From: Anaerolineae bacterium | GTDB lineage: Bacteria > Chloroflexota > Anaerolineae > B4-G1 > DUEL01 | Length of the DNA: 43,463 bases | NCBI GenBank assembly: GCA_041082215.1 | Contig: JBDOIF010000043.1 | Coordinates: forward strand, 1-43,463 | Direction of reading: 5' to 3' | Part shown: positions 42,098 to 43,463 of the stretch, one piece after another | How the letters are laid out: each line of letters starts with the position of its first letter | Numbering within the stretch: the stretch's first letter is position 1 | Program-made: the position numbers and the translations under genes | Notes under the pieces: generated by a model | Told to the model about the DNA's origin: nothing | Databases searched by the model: none | The model's input: only the letters and a program-made list of their open reading frames with translations

Positions 42098-43463
42098 TCA
42101 CTCATCCAGCGGCTCGAACGCCGCAAAGTCGGGCTCGGTCTCCATGGAGGGAGTGGGTATCAGCGGCGGGACCGGCCTCTCCCCTTTAGGGCGGATCACC
42201 ACTCCCTCATACGACTCGATCGGCCCGTCCGACTCCGGGTTGTCGCCACGGTAGCCGGTGCCGGCGGAGATCAGCTTGCCGATGATCACATTCTCCTTGA
42301 GGCCGTACAGCCGGTCCACTTTCCCTTCGATGGCCGCTTTTGCCAGCACCTTGATCGTGTGCTGGAAGGAGGCGGCGGAAAGGAAACTGTCGGTGGCAAG
42401 GGCGGCCTTGGTGACCCCCAGCAGGACGGCCCGGGCCTTGGCCGGCTGACCCCCCTCGGCGACGATTTTGCTGTTGATCTCCTGCAACGCCAGCCGGTCC
42501 ACCAGATCGCCCGGCAGGAGGTCCGTATCGCCGGGGTCGGTGACCTGCATCTTCCCCAGCATCTTGCGGATGATGACCTCGAAGTGTTTGTCGTTGATGT
42601 TCACGCCCTGGGAGCGGTAGACCTTCTGGATTTCGGAGAGGATGTGCATCTGGGTGGCCTCCCGTCCCAGGACCTGGAGGATGCGGTGGGGGTTTGTGAT
42701 GCCCTCCGCCAACTGGGTGCCTGCCTGGATGCGCTGGCCTTCGGCCACCAGGATGCGGGCGGCCGGGGGAATGTCGTACTCCCGCTCCTCCCGACGTTCG
42801 TAGATGACGCGGATATGCCGTCCTTCACGGCGGACCATTCCGCTATGATTGGCCAGGATTTCCTGGTCACCCCGCTTGGCGATCAGGTCGCCGGCCTGGA
42901 CCTTATCGCCGTCTTCCACGTTGATGCTCCAGTTGCCGGGGATCTCATACTCGTCGGTGAGGATCTCGCTCTTGATCACCTGGACCCGCTTGCGGCCGTC
43001 TGTGCGGACGATATGGACCACCCCGTCTATATCGGAGATTTCGGCCTCGCCCTTGGGGTGTTTGCGGGCCTCGAACAGCTCCTCCACGCGCGGGAGGCCG
43101 CTGGTGATGTCCCCGCCTGCTGCCACACCGCCCGTATGGAAGGTCCGCAGGGTAAGCTGGGTGCCGGGCTCGCCGATGGACTGGGCGGCGATGATGCCGA
43201 CCGCTGTGCCGATATGGACCATCTTCCCCCGGCCCAGGTCCCTCCCGTAGCAGAGGACGCAGATGCCGTGCTGGAGGTTGCAGGTCATAGGGGAACGGAC
43301 GAACACGTCATCTATCCCCGCTGCTTCGATCGCTTCGACGGCGTCCTCGTTGATCTCCTGGTTCCGGTCAACGATCACCTCGCCGGTTTGGGGATGGACC
43401 ACCGGCGCGGCGGCGACGCGGCCCACAAGCCGCTCGGCCATCGTCTGCCCGCCGACATCGTCC
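42098..43463 (-). CDS. rpoC: DNA-directed RNA polymerase beta' subunit, 3' part (5' end lies beyond the window)
   Basis: [60 protein letters not shown]. Confidence 0.97.
   Translation of the reverse strand, partial: DDVGGQTMAERLVGRVAAAPVVHPQTGEVIVDRNQEINEDAVEAIEAAGIDDVFVRSPMTCNLQHGICVLCYGRDLGRGKMVHIGTAVGIIAAQSIGEPGTQLTLRTFHTGGVAAGGDITSGLPRVEELFEARKHPKGEAEISDIDGVVHIVRTDGRKRVQVIKSEILTDEYEIPGNWSINVEDGDKVQAGDLIAKRGDQEILANHSGMVRREGRHIRVIYERREEREYDIPPAARILVAEGQRIQAGTQLAEGITNPHRILQVLGREATQMHILSEIQKVYRSQGVNINDKHFEVIIRKMLGKMQVTDPGDTDLLPGDLVDRLALQEINSKIVAEGGQPAKARAVLLGVTKAALATDSFLSAASFQHTIKVLAKAAIEGKVDRLYGLKENVIIGKLISAGTGYRGDNPESDGPIESYEGVVIRPKGERPVPPLIPTPSMETEPDFAAFEPLDE

Overview
GC-rich bacterial chromosomal window; the gene content and families suggest Chloroflexota (Anaerolineae-like), by inference only. 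From left to right: (1) A tightly coupled + strand run at 353-6961: RseP-like M50 protease, HEAT-repeat protein, MA-clan peptidase, RNase H-like exonuclease, PflX-like radical SAM enzyme, acylphosphatase and a FecR-like membrane protein. (2) A ~12.6 kb pantothenate/CoA locus at 6898-19496. Its - strand arm carries a ThnT/DmpA-like P1 hydrolase, ECF A-A'-T, an M20 amidohydrolase, a PanT-like S component, coaX with a pan-motif-like leader, and coaBC. Its + strand arm carries a GntR/FCD regulator, panB, panE and a class III aminotransferase. The two arms start from back-to-back sigma70-type promoters, each overlapped by a TGTCGAC box; there is no panC or panD. (3) A PLP enzyme, queA and a small membrane protein. 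(4) A 1292-aa zinc-ribbon/adenylate-cyclase/STAND-ATPase/TPR/OppA-like fusion, a GT-C glycosyltransferase, two paralogous lipoproteins, an AbiEii-like nucleotidyltransferase with an unknown downstream partner, mtaB, a HIT protein and a CBS-ACT protein. (5) A Dpp/Opp-type ABC operon, an XPB-associated-domain protein, a galK-like gene and the 3' part of rpoC. Several REP-like palindromic elements fill intergenic gaps. No rRNA, tRNA, CRISPR array or transposase was seen. The top hypothesis is that the Pan locus encodes an undescribed, GntR-regulated pantetheine/pantothenate salvage or catabolic (reverse-Pan) pathway.
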